From IMG/VR virus record IMGVR_UViG_3300028591_000079, positions 64,001 through 128,000 of that record: 64,000 nucleotides of DNA, one strand, 5' to 3'. The notes under the pieces were generated by a model that was not told the origin of the DNA, made no database searches, and saw only the letters and a list, made by a program, of their open reading frames with translations. This document shows, one piece after another, positions 28,367 through 37,773 of this stretch. The stretch is from a virus (taxonomy: Duplodnaviria; Caudoviricetes). Position 1 is the stretch's first letter, and each line of letters opens with the position of its first letter. A program made the translations under genes and the position numbers.

Positions 28367-28930
28367 ATGAGTCGTATTGCTGTACCAAATATAAATGGAA
28401 CCATTGGAGCCATAACTGCTGTAGATAATTCCATAGATGCTTCTGGTTCTTGGGGACAAATTATTGGAGATTGTGGTAGTCCTATTTATACTACTGGTTA
28501 TCAATCTTCTTCTACTCGTATTGAAAACGTTTATAGTCTACAAGAGCGTCATAAAACATATAAAATCATCAGCGCAACAATATCGGAGTATAAAAAGAAC
28601 AAAAAGAATTATATATTAGGTGTTGGTAATTATTATTCATATGGCATTGGTAGAGAGTCTGGTTTGAGTTTTAAGATCAACACAACAATCGATATAAATT
28701 TATTTAACAAAAGAGAGCAAAGAACCGAGAAGATATGCAATGTAAGTCAATATGCGGCTCCTATATTTGAAAATTGTGTTATGAAGTTTTTGAACGATCA
28801 TGCGGAAGAATTTTTAGAATTATTAGAGTCCGAAACAAAAAAAGATGTTATAAGTTTTGCCAAGGAAGAGGGGCAAAAGTTGAAAGACCAGTTAGAGTTT
28901 ATTGAAGAATTAGAAAAGATAGGAGACTAA
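28367..28930 (+). CDS. hypothetical protein (start MSRIA)
   Basis: AAGGAG RBS directly after tRNA-Leu. Confidence 0.7.
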   Translation: MSRIAVPNINGTIGAITAVDNSIDASGSWGQIIGDCGSPIYTTGYQSSSTRIENVYSLQERHKTYKIISATISEYKKNKKNYILGVGNYYSYGIGRESGLSFKINTTIDINLFNKREQRTEKICNVSQYAAPIFENCVMKFLNDHAEEFLELLESETKKDVISFAKEEGQKLKDQLEFIEELEKIGD

Positions 28931-28932
28931 AT

Positions 28933-29490
28933 ATGAAGAAATTTACTGTTATTATGAATTGTATTAGTTTATTATTGATAGGTTTTATTTCCGTTATGCT
29001 TTTGACATGGAGTGTAAGTGCTGAAACAATAAGGGGCAAAGCAAGAGTTATAGATGGGGATACGATAGAAATAAACGGAGAAAAGATTAGATTATTGTGT
29101 GTTGATACTCCGGAAAGCAATTATCGTGGAAAGACTCAGTATTGCTTAGATAATGAGACTGATTGTGGTGATTTAGCTAAAAAAGCATTAAAACGTTTAA
29201 TTGGCAATGAACATGAAGTATGGTGTGAATATGAAAAACATGATATGTATGGTAGAATATTAGGTATGTGTCAAGAGTATTCATATTGGAATACATATCC
29301 ATATTGGGGTACCTATAATTATGAAATGATTTATTATGGATATGCTTGGTTTTATCCTGGTGGCAAAGAATGTGAAGAATTTAAACAAGCTTTTGAAAGT
29401 GCTAAAGAAAAAGGTCGTGGTTTATTTAATGAAGAATTAGGTGGATTTAAAGAACCAAAATTATGGAGGAAAAAGAGAAGCAATGACTAA
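28933..29490 (+). CDS. thermonuclease (SNase) family, signal peptide
   Basis: VIDGDT, IRLLCVDTPE, DMYGRIL, AKEKGRGL. Confidence 0.9.
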   Translation: MKKFTVIMNCISLLLIGFISVMLLTWSVSAETIRGKARVIDGDTIEINGEKIRLLCVDTPESNYRGKTQYCLDNETDCGDLAKKALKRLIGNEHEVWCEYEKHDMYGRILGMCQEYSYWNTYPYWGTYNYEMIYYGYAWFYPGGKECEEFKQAFESAKEKGRGLFNEELGGFKEPKLWRKKRSND

Positions 29491-29680
29491 AACAATGCGC
29501 AATGTTTGTATTATGTTGGTTGTCATAGCTGTATTTTTGTGGCTTGTAGGTTTAGGTCTTGATTATCTAAAAGAAGCATCAATGACAAATAATGCGAAAA
29601 CTGGCTGGATTGTTTTTGGTTGGATTGGTGGTTGGGTTGTTATGGGACTTATTGCTAATTGGCTAGAACAAAGAGAGTGA
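29483..29680 (+). CDS. two-TM membrane protein
   Basis: two hydrophobic helices. Confidence 0.65.
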   Translation: MTKTMRNVCIMLVVIAVFLWLVGLGLDYLKEASMTNNAKTGWIVFGWIGGWVVMGLIANWLEQRE

Positions 29681-29684
29681 ATGA

Positions 29685-30125
29685 ATGGTAAATGATATGT
29701 TTGTTTTGAATAAGAAGATTGCTAAATTACGTCATTGTCACACTATCTATAATAATAATTTAGATTTAATGTATGATGCAAACGGAAAACAAACTGAACT
29801 AAGAAAAGAAATCAATCGTTTGCTATATAAAATTGCTACTGGGGAGCTTGGAACATCTTATCTTGCCGGTGTAAATTCTGAAATAAAATATGCAAAAGAA
29901 AAAATCAAAAAAGAAGAAAAACTAAAACTTGGAATTGGCAAAAGACATAAGAAGAAAAAAGAACCATCAATAGCAGAACAACAGGCGGCATTATTACGAG
30001 GGGTGAAAAATCTAGAAAAACAACAAGACAACCATCATCGGCAAGTATGTTTAGCTAAGATTGGAATGCTAAAAACTCAATTACAACAATCTTATAGAAA
30101 AGCATTGCCATATTATAAAGCTTGA
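29685..30125 (+). CDS. basic coiled-coil hypothetical protein
   Basis: ORF packing. Confidence 0.65.
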   Translation: MVNDMFVLNKKIAKLRHCHTIYNNNLDLMYDANGKQTELRKEINRLLYKIATGELGTSYLAGVNSEIKYAKEKIKKEEKLKLGIGKRHKKKKEPSIAEQQAALLRGVKNLEKQQDNHHRQVCLAKIGMLKTQLQQSYRKALPYYKA

Positions 30126-30172
30126 GTTTGTAATTAAATTTGATACAATGGTAATATAAAAGGAGATAAAGT

Positions 30173-31450
30173 ATGAAACAATATAAATTCAAAAATGGCT
30201 TAGTATTATTATATGAAAAGAATAAATACAATAATTTAGACTCTTTTCAAGTAAATGTTGGTACCGGATCATTATTAGAAGGAGAAGGTGAATATGGGAT
30301 TAATCATCTTATAGAACATCTTATTTTTAAATCCACAAAAAAACGTACAACACAACAGATTTCAACAGAATTAGAAATAACTGGAGCCAATATAAACGCA
30401 TGGACAAGTTATAGTAATGTTCGTTTTTATTTTGATGTATTACCGAAGCATTTAGAAAAGTGTGCAGAAATTTATGCTGATATGTTGTTCAATAAAGACA
30501 TAAAATTATCAGAATTCAAAATGGAACGTGATGTGGTATGTCAAGAAATTGCAATGTACGAAGATCATCCGGCGGTAATAAATGAAGAAAATTGGTGGAA
30601 TAAGTTTTATAACTGGAAACCTGTAGCTGGAACGATTGAAAGCGTGAAAACAATAACTCTTGGAAAAGCAAACAGATATATCGAAAAATATTATAACCCT
30701 CAAAATATGGTAATTTCTGTTTGTTCTAGATTGTCATTTCTTACCATAAAAAAGATTGTTGCAAAATATTATGGCTGTATTGAAAATCGTGAAGAAGCAA
30801 TTACAACCAAAGAAGCCTGGAATTTTATGTCTTATCAAGGACGCAGATCTTTTATTAAGAGCGATGTATTCAAAAAAGAAGTATATAAAAAGAAAAAGAA
30901 AACATCACAGGTTCAGATTGCTTATGGATATGATATGAAAGACTTTAATATTGAAGAAATAGAATTTTTGAACAATATTTTGTCTGATGGCCTATCCAGT
31001 ATCTTATATCGCGAAATTAGAGAAAAATATGGTTTGTGTTATGGATTTCATATTGATACAGATCCATATTATAACAAACAGGTAATGGAAGATCAGTGCC
31101 TTGTTTCTATGATAAAAGCAAGCACAGAATCTCAAAATGTGGACAAGTTTTGTAAAATATTTGAAGGCGTAATGTCTGATATAAAATCTGGTGAATTAAT
31201 ATTAGATAGTGATATTGAAAGGGTAAAAAATATTTATGAATCAAAAGAAATAAAAGCAGAAGATGTTGCCTCATATAATCACTATAGATACAATTCAATA
31301 TGTTGCGATTATCCAAGTCTTGAAAAAATGAAAAAAAGAATTTTGAAACGTAGCAACAGAGAAATAAGAGAATTGATTAATTATATGTTGGAGAATTCGA
31401 ATTTTAATGTCAGCATGCTTGGAAATATTGATACCAAAAAGATTAAATGA
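30173..31450 (+). CDS. M16 (insulinase/pitrilysin) family peptidase
   Basis: HLIEH, INAWTS, ERDVVCQEI, SSILYREIREKYGLCY. Confidence 0.92.
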   Translation: MKQYKFKNGLVLLYEKNKYNNLDSFQVNVGTGSLLEGEGEYGINHLIEHLIFKSTKKRTTQQISTELEITGANINAWTSYSNVRFYFDVLPKHLEKCAEIYADMLFNKDIKLSEFKMERDVVCQEIAMYEDHPAVINEENWWNKFYNWKPVAGTIESVKTITLGKANRYIEKYYNPQNMVISVCSRLSFLTIKKIVAKYYGCIENREEAITTKEAWNFMSYQGRRSFIKSDVFKKEVYKKKKKTSQVQIAYGYDMKDFNIEEIEFLNNILSDGLSSILYREIREKYGLCYGFHIDTDPYYNKQVMEDQCLVSMIKASTESQNVDKFCKIFEGVMSDIKSGELILDSDIERVKNIYESKEIKAEDVASYNHYRYNSICCDYPSLEKMKKRILKRSNREIRELINYMLENSNFNVSMLGNIDTKKIK

Positions 31451-31529
31451 TGTTACATTAATTGAGATTAAGGTCTGGTAATTCTGGGCCTTTTTCTTTA
31501 TAATGTGGGAGTAAGTAAAAGGAGATTGT

Positions 31530-33824
31530 ATGAAAAACCAACTCAAAAAATTTAGTTTTAGTATTGTTTTACACACGCTTAAGGAAATAGAAGATTTGTT
31601 TGCTGGTAATTGGAATTCTCTGAAAGTTGAAACAGAAGAAAGACCAATAAGGGCGCAAGATGATGACAACAGCATAGAAGAAAGAATAAAAGATTTTGAA
31701 CTTATGCAGCTTATTAAATACAAAAAAAATGCATATTTAGAACCATACAAAAAAAGAAATAAAAGTATGGAACATTACTCCCGTTGGTTGCTGAATTTTA
31801 TGGATATTTCTAATTTTGCGTATTTTTTGGCCTCTAATTGTCATAAGTTAAATATTGAGAGTATTTATAATTTTGAATGTAAAATAAATTCATTAGAGGA
31901 AACAAAAGTTTTTCTGAAAGAGTGGAATGATTCTAATGGGAATTTGCCTGCAGAAAGTATAATACAATTTTTCAAAAAAAAGATTGTGCGGGAGATGATT
32001 GAAAATTATTATACAAAATTTATCGATTCAATGCAGCAAAAAATTGATAAACTAAATCCAAACAAAAAAGAATATTATACTCAAAATCTTGATATTTATC
32101 TTGATTTGTTTGGTGTAAAAGATGAAAAAGAAAAAGATGTAATTAGATTTTTGGTATATAAAAATATCAAATGTTTTTCTTATGGTGCATCTGGTGGCAA
32201 TACACGTAAAGCTGTCATGTTGCATGTTGGAATTACAGAAAAAGAATATAAAAAAATAATGTCATCGAACTTTTGTAGCATATGGTTTTGCAAGGGTAAA
32301 AATGATAAAATTTTATATAACAGTGATATGTTAGAGCCTATTTTCAACATAGAATCTGGAAAAGAATGTTTTTTAAATAGTGTTATCAAAAAAACTGAAA
32401 AATCAAAACTTTCATTGGATGATTTTGGACATGTAAAGCAAAAAGACTATATTCTCAGTGTTTTACAAAACGCATTAAGAAAGCAAAAAAAGGGAATTAA
32501 TATTTTATTATATGGCAAACCTGGAACTGGAAAAACAGAATTGTCCAAAACACTAATTGATGCCTGTGGTGCTGAAGGTTATAATGTTCAAGGTATAGAA
32601 GATCCATCATGTCCAATGAGATATTTAGAAGGAAAAGAAGATGTAAAAAGAAGAAAATATATGTATTACATGCTTCAAACGTATTTAAAAAACAACAACA
32701 ATGCAATAATTTTATATGATGAAGCCGAGGACTTTTTCCGTAAAGAAGAAAAAGATGGTCAATCCAAACAAAAGATTAATGATTATTTGGAAAATAACAC
32801 AACTCCTGTAATTTGGACATGCAATTCTTTGTGGGATATTGAACAGAGCTTTTTGAGACGTTTTTCATATATTTTAGAATTGGACACTATTGGTTCTAGT
32901 GTTTTATCTTCTTTGGTTGAAAAAATGTGTCAAGAAAAAGGAATAAAACTTGACGAAAGAGTAAAACGCCTAATTGAACAAGAACAACCATCAATAGGAA
33001 TAATAAAACAATGTCTAAACACATATAAATTATCAAACATAAAAAAACAAGATCTATTATATGAAGCATTGAAAAACTCTATATATGCCGAATCTTATAA
33101 TACAAAAAAACCAAAAGATATAAATAGAAGTCAGATGCATGGATATAATCAAAATCTGGCAAATACTGACATAAAACTTGAATCAATCACCAATGGCATA
33201 ATCAAGTCTGGTAAAAATGATTGGTCTTTGATTTTATATGGCGTAAGTGGAACAGGGAAAACCGCCTATGCTGAATTTCTTGGTAAAAAGTTGGGGATGC
33301 GTGTTATAAAGAAAAAAGTAAGTGATCTTCAAAGTATGTGGGCCGGTGAGTGTGAAAAAAATATTGACAAGGCTTTTGAAGAGGCGAGACAAAACAACGC
33401 AATATTGCTATTTGATGAAGGTGATTGTTGGTTGAGAGATAGAAGACTTAATCGAGCATCTTGGGAAACCAGTCAAACAAATCAGTTCTTGCAAAATTTA
33501 GAAGCAGCAACCACACCAGTAATAGTAACAACAAATCTTATGGACTCTTTGGATCAAGCCGCATTAAGACGTTTTGTTTTCAAGGTTGGATTCAGATATA
33601 TGACAAAAGCACAAGTAAAAGAGGCGTTCAAAACTTTTTATAATATTGATGTAACAGAAAATGAAGCAAATATATCTTATGCAACCCCGGGAGATTTTGC
33701 TGTAATACAAAAGCAAATAGAATACTTGGGAGAAAAACCTACGGCTGGTAAAATAAAAGAATTGCTGTTGGGGGAAATAAAAAATAAAAAGGATGACTTC
33801 AAAGAAAACAGTATAAAAATATAA
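31530..33824 (+). CDS. double AAA+ ATPase
   Basis: GKPGTGKT/YDEAE/LRRF and GVSGTGKT/FDEGD/LRRF. Confidence 0.9.
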   Translation: MKNQLKKFSFSIVLHTLKEIEDLFAGNWNSLKVETEERPIRAQDDDNSIEERIKDFELMQLIKYKKNAYLEPYKKRNKSMEHYSRWLLNFMDISNFAYFLASNCHKLNIESIYNFECKINSLEETKVFLKEWNDSNGNLPAESIIQFFKKKIVREMIENYYTKFIDSMQQKIDKLNPNKKEYYTQNLDIYLDLFGVKDEKEKDVIRFLVYKNIKCFSYGASGGNTRKAVMLHVGITEKEYKKIMSSNFCSIWFCKGKNDKILYNSDMLEPIFNIESGKECFLNSVIKKTEKSKLSLDDFGHVKQKDYILSVLQNALRKQKKGINILLYGKPGTGKTELSKTLIDACGAEGYNVQGIEDPSCPMRYLEGKEDVKRRKYMYYMLQTYLKNNNNAIILYDEAEDFFRKEEKDGQSKQKINDYLENNTTPVIWTCNSLWDIEQSFLRRFSYILELDTIGSSVLSSLVEKMCQEKGIKLDERVKRLIEQEQPSIGIIKQCLNTYKLSNIKKQDLLYEALKNSIYAESYNTKKPKDINRSQMHGYNQNLANTDIKLESITNGIIKSGKNDWSLILYGVSGTGKTAYAEFLGKKLGMRVIKKKVSDLQSMWAGECEKNIDKAFEEARQNNAILLFDEGDCWLRDRRLNRASWETSQTNQFLQNLEAATTPVIVTTNLMDSLDQAALRRFVFKVGFRYMTKAQVKEAFKTFYNIDVTENEANISYATPGDFAVIQKQIEYLGEKPTAGKIKELLLGEIKNKKDDFKENSIKI

Positions 33825-33825
33825 G

Positions 33826-33849
33826 AAACGCCCCATTTCGGGGCGTTTT
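33826..33849. terminator. bidirectional terminator between convergent genes
   Basis: AAACGCCCC-ATTTC-GGGGCGTTT. Confidence 0.8.
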
Positions 33850-33851
33850 AT

Positions 33852-34997
33852 TTAAAATAAATGCAATGTTTTTTTTGGTTTTTTCAACTCTTTTCCATAC
33901 AATGATTCAAATTGTTTCCAAACTTTTTCAAACCATTGTGTGTAGATATGAACTTCGGTTTTTGCGGTTCCTCGTTTACCAAAGTTTTCCATTGTCAATC
34001 TATACCATTGATGATCTGCTTCTGAATATTGTTCGTTGAAATTCCAATCTTTGATTTTAGAAAGATAATCAACACGCAAATTGCGGATATAAGTCGCAAA
34101 TGCAAAAATCAAATTTCCAGTTGTTATTTCATCTAATCCATATTCATCTTGTAATCTCGCGGCTAACAAATATGAACCATAAACCATTGGCATTTGTGGC
34201 ATCAAAACGTTTTTTATATCCTTAAATGCAAAAATAATGGATTTAATGCGTTTTGTTATCAAATTTTTCATCGCCACAGGTACTGTTTTGTTTGTATAAT
34301 CTTTAACCATGTTATATAACGCATTATCATCAATAATATCAGCGTTTTTATCATAGGCGATTGCATCCAAAACATGTTCCAAATACATCCATCTTGTCAA
34401 CAATGTTTCTTGTTTTGTATAATCAGCGGTTTTGCTAAATGCCCGAATTTTACCAATGTTGGTTTTATCGTAAATTTCTTTGATTGTTTCAATTGCAGAA
34501 CCACCTAAAGCATGACGCATTTCTTCTGTTTTGATGCGTTTTCCGTTTTGTAATGCAATGAAAATATCAATTGCAGCAGAATCATTTGTGTTGAACAAAT
34601 AACGAACTGTAATATTTGTTTCTAAAATTTCACGTTGTTGCTCTTTGGACAGATTTCTAAAATAAATCAATTGCCCATTGCCGGGATTGTAAGCAAATTT
34701 GTTTTGAATAAAATTGTAAATTGTTAAAGACCGTTGTTTTCCATCCAAAACTTCAAATTTGTCACCATTACTACGCAAATAAAATAATGGCAACGGAACG
34801 CCTTTCAATAAGGATGTAATTAGTTCATGCTTATTTTTTGCTGGCCAATTATATCCACGTTGATAAACAGGATCCGTGTCCCATTTGTTGTTTTCAATGT
34901 TTTTTACTAATTTTGATATTGTTACAATTTCCATTGATGTAGAAATATCTAATTTTTCAATGGTTGTAATATTTTTTACTTCTGCTGATTTTGGCAT
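33852..34997 (-). CDS. DUF262 (GmrS/ParB-like) domain protein
   Basis: PVYQRGYNW, LITSLLKGVPLP, VLDGKQR, IFIALQNG. Confidence 0.88.
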   Translation of the reverse strand: MPKSAEVKNITTIEKLDISTSMEIVTISKLVKNIENNKWDTDPVYQRGYNWPAKNKHELITSLLKGVPLPLFYLRSNGDKFEVLDGKQRSLTIYNFIQNKFAYNPGNGQLIYFRNLSKEQQREILETNITVRYLFNTNDSAAIDIFIALQNGKRIKTEEMRHALGGSAIETIKEIYDKTNIGKIRAFSKTADYTKQETLLTRWMYLEHVLDAIAYDKNADIIDDNALYNMVKDYTNKTVPVAMKNLITKRIKSIIFAFKDIKNVLMPQMPMVYGSYLLAARLQDEYGLDEITTGNLIFAFATYIRNLRVDYLSKIKDWNFNEQYSEADHQWYRLTMENFGKRGTAKTEVHIYTQWFEKVWKQFESLYGKELKKPKKTLHLF

Positions 34998-35008
34998 TGT
35001 CTACTCCT

Positions 35009-35440
35009 TTATTTTTTGTGCCGTGTTTGAATTATTCTGGCATTTTTGGCACTTATTGTGCTGTTTTTGCCAATTAAACTATTTAACAGAGCTTTTGCAT
35101 CATCTTCTGTATCACACAATTCAGTAATAATAACCTTGAATGGTCCCTTTTTTACTTTTTTTATTGCCGATACTTTTGTTTTTTTACTCTTTAGTGTTCT
35201 TTTGGGCATATCATATTCGGCATATTTCCAAACATATCCCCCAATAGTGTTGTTTTTGCCACGAACAACATGAGAAATACCAGAAGATGATATGTTTGTC
35301 ATGCGCCCTGCTTCACCAATGGAACTGAAACGATTGACTACAACACCGTCTTTTATTTGTAAAACCGGTTTTTGTATACCTTTTATTCTATTATAAGGTT
35401 TTATTTCTCTCGCTTCTGCTCCAAATAATGTTCTTGTCAT
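35009..35440 (-). CDS. NUMOD1-type HTH DNA-binding protein
   Basis: PVLQ...FSSIGEAGR...ISHVVRGK...GGYVWKY. Confidence 0.75.
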   Translation of the reverse strand: MTRTLFGAEAREIKPYNRIKGIQKPVLQIKDGVVVNRFSSIGEAGRMTNISSSGISHVVRGKNNTIGGYVWKYAEYDMPKRTLKSKKTKVSAIKKVKKGPFKVIITELCDTEDDAKALLNSLIGKNSTISAKNARIIQTRHKK

Positions 35441-35614
35441 GTGTTTTTACTCCTTTTATTTGGATTTTCTACCAGTATAATAACAAAAAAAATCTATATG
35501 TAAAATTAAAAATAACATTTGTAAAGTTCTATATATTGAGAAAAAGCGCATTAAAAGCATATCTAAATTATACTAATAGAAACATAAAGCGTAACAGTAA
35601 AGAGTAAAAACCAT

Positions 35615-35968
35615 ATGACTATCGCAGGACAAGACTTTTTAACACTAATTGTTGTTGCGCTAATTTCTTTCTTAGCAGGTGCTGTAAAGACTATTCTCGC
35701 CTATACTAGAGACAGAGTTTTTCCCAAAAAGTTAGATTTTTTAGTAAATATTGTTCTTTCGTTCTTTGTCGGTATTTTGGCCGGGTTTGTTTGCACATAT
35801 TTCAACATAGTAGACGGCATGTTATATATAATTGTTGCATTTGCCGCCTTATCTGCTGAAAGACTGCTATCTGCCATCCCTACAATATTCGTAAAAAAAG
35901 TCGAAGATGTAGTAGGGGTAAAGCCAACACAGGAAGACTATAATAGCGATCCTGTAAACAAAAAGTAA
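35615..35968 (+). CDS. putative holin (3 TM)
   Basis: three hydrophobic segments, charged C-tail; late box upstream. Confidence 0.6.
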   Translation: MTIAGQDFLTLIVVALISFLAGAVKTILAYTRDRVFPKKLDFLVNIVLSFFVGILAGFVCTYFNIVDGMLYIIVAFAALSAERLLSAIPTIFVKKVEDVVGVKPTQEDYNSDPVNKK

Positions 35969-35979
35969 AGAGTAAAGCT

Positions 35980-36210
35980 ATGAACACAAAAACCAAACAG
36001 AGGGCAGTAACATTGATAACTATGGGATGTTCTATATTTATTGGTACATTCTGTGGGTTATTTTTAGATTGGTTGTTTCTTCCTCGTATGATTGTTTGTG
36101 GTTCAGTTGCAATAGTATCAACGGTGACTGAACATTATCTAACAGTACACAAGGAATATGTTGAAAAGTTATTAGCTAAGTTTATTGGTGAAGATAATGA
36201 CAATAAGTAA
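35980..36210 (+). CDS. membrane protein (holin-like)
   Basis: two hydrophobic segments. Confidence 0.55.
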   Translation: MNTKTKQRAVTLITMGCSIFIGTFCGLFLDWLFLPRMIVCGSVAIVSTVTEHYLTVHKEYVEKLLAKFIGEDNDNK

Positions 36211-36490
36211 ACGAAACAAAAAAAGATTTATCCAAGGATTGTTTTTACTTCCTTTGGTTACTTGTTTGATTACTGTGATTGCAATAAAATCCTATGTCGA
36301 TTATCGTTTGGGAGGAGTCTGCACGGGTATTGATACAAGAAGAGTTTTTATGTTTATTTCTCTTGTGCTGTTTATAAATGTTTTGTCATCTTTTGGTGCT
36401 TTAATATCTTACTGGTGCCTCGAAAATAAAGTAAACAATATACTAAAAAGAGAAAAAGGGGTACAAAATGGTAAGAAAAATAAATTATAA
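36197..36490 (+). CDS. two-TM membrane protein
   Basis: two hydrophobic segments. Confidence 0.55.
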   Translation: MTISKRNKKRFIQGLFLLPLVTCLITVIAIKSYVDYRLGGVCTGIDTRRVFMFISLVLFINVLSSFGALISYWCLENKVNNILKREKGVQNGKKNKL

Positions 36491-36734
36491 TATGCTTGAG
36501 GAAAATTTTATAAAACACTTCCAAAAAACATACGAAAGAACACTAACAATAGATCAATTACAACTCTCTCCAGCTTATTTTGGTTTAGACTCTTTAGATG
36601 CAGCTGAAATGTTATTGTGGGCTGAAGAAGAATATGGCATAAAAACAACTCCAGAAGATTATTCAGATACAAGACCAATGCTGGAGTTTTTAGAATTAGT
36701 TTATAATAGAATTCCTAAAAATAAAAAAATTTAG
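36468..36734 (+). CDS. acyl carrier protein-like
   Basis: GLDSLDAAEMLLWAEEEYGI matches the phosphopantetheine-site helix. Confidence 0.8.
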   Translation: MVRKINYNMLEENFIKHFQKTYERTLTIDQLQLSPAYFGLDSLDAAEMLLWAEEEYGIKTTPEDYSDTRPMLEFLELVYNRIPKNKKI

Positions 36735-36778
36735 TTGATTTAATTGTTGGTTTGTAAATCACGATGTCAAATAAAATT

Positions 36779-36805
36779 AGGCCCAGAATAAATCTGAGCC
36801 TTTTT
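36779..36805 (+). terminator. intrinsic terminator
   Basis: AGGCCCAGA/TCTGAGCCT + T tract. Confidence 0.6.
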
Positions 36806-36806
36806 A

Positions 36807-37760
36807 TTATAGATTGTTTGGTGGACATGGTATATAATTTTCACAATGAATTATAATAAACTTTCTATGTGTTTCAAATATTGGTCTATAAAAGTCTAAT
36901 ATTTTTTGTTTATGTTCTTCATCACGATATTGAATACAAGGATAGTTTTTTGGATCTCCTATTTTCCAAAACTTCCCTCCGCGGTCATATGTAATAAGTT
37001 TTTCGTTTTTTGTTGGACAGTCGTGAATGAATGCGGCCCCTTTTCCAGTAAATACACCGGGAGCCGACCACACATTGCACGGTTGAAACACTAAAGAGTT
37101 CGACTGTCCATTGTATTTTGGAAGATTTGTAATTGGATTTGGACATTTTGGATAGTTTGATTTAAATTCTGCATATCCACTTCCAAAATAAGCAGCTTTC
37201 AATTTTTCACCATCATTACAAACTTTATCTAATACTGTAAAAATAGAAATCTGTGTTGATGGTAATTTGAAGTCTTTTCTAAAATCGTCTGACCATATTT
37301 CTTTGCTGATATATTTTGATACTTTGCATTTTACATTATGGTATGGCATGTTTGGAGCAATAAAAACACCCATCATGTTATTATCCACACATCTTTCCAT
37401 CATTGTTCTGTGTAACATATTCTTGTATGGTGTATTACAGAAGAAGTACTTAAATAGTTTTAGATCAAGCGAAAAGAAATCAACACAATAAAACTCTACA
37501 CCTAATTTTGTTGCCTCTCCAGTATCTTCTATATCAATTCCAACAACATTTTCTTTAGATATGCCAGCTCTAATCAATGCTTTTGTTAATTCACCTTTTC
37601 CAAAACCAATATCCAAAATTTTAGAAGACCCGTCATATATTTTTACAAACTCTGCAGCCATAATATCCGCAATATGATCTGGGGTCGAGAAGTAATGATT
37701 TTTATTCTCAGCGTTTTGTTTGATTTTATTACCATCTTTATCAAATTTTATCATGCTCAT
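36807..37760 (-). CDS. DNA amino-methyltransferase (gamma-type motif order)
   Basis: FSTP, LDIGFGKG motif I, GIDI, DFF, NTPY motif IV variant. Confidence 0.75.
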   Translation of the reverse strand: MSMIKFDKDGNKIKQNAENKNHYFSTPDHIADIMAAEFVKIYDGSSKILDIGFGKGELTKALIRAGISKENVVGIDIEDTGEATKLGVEFYCVDFFSLDLKLFKYFFCNTPYKNMLHRTMMERCVDNNMMGVFIAPNMPYHNVKCKVSKYISKEIWSDDFRKDFKLPSTQISIFTVLDKVCNDGEKLKAAYFGSGYAEFKSNYPKCPNPITNLPKYNGQSNSLVFQPCNVWSAPGVFTGKGAAFIHDCPTKNEKLITYDRGGKFWKIGDPKNYPCIQYRDEEHKQKILDFYRPIFETHRKFIIIHCENYIPCPPNNL

Positions 37761-37773
37761 TTTTTACTTTCCT

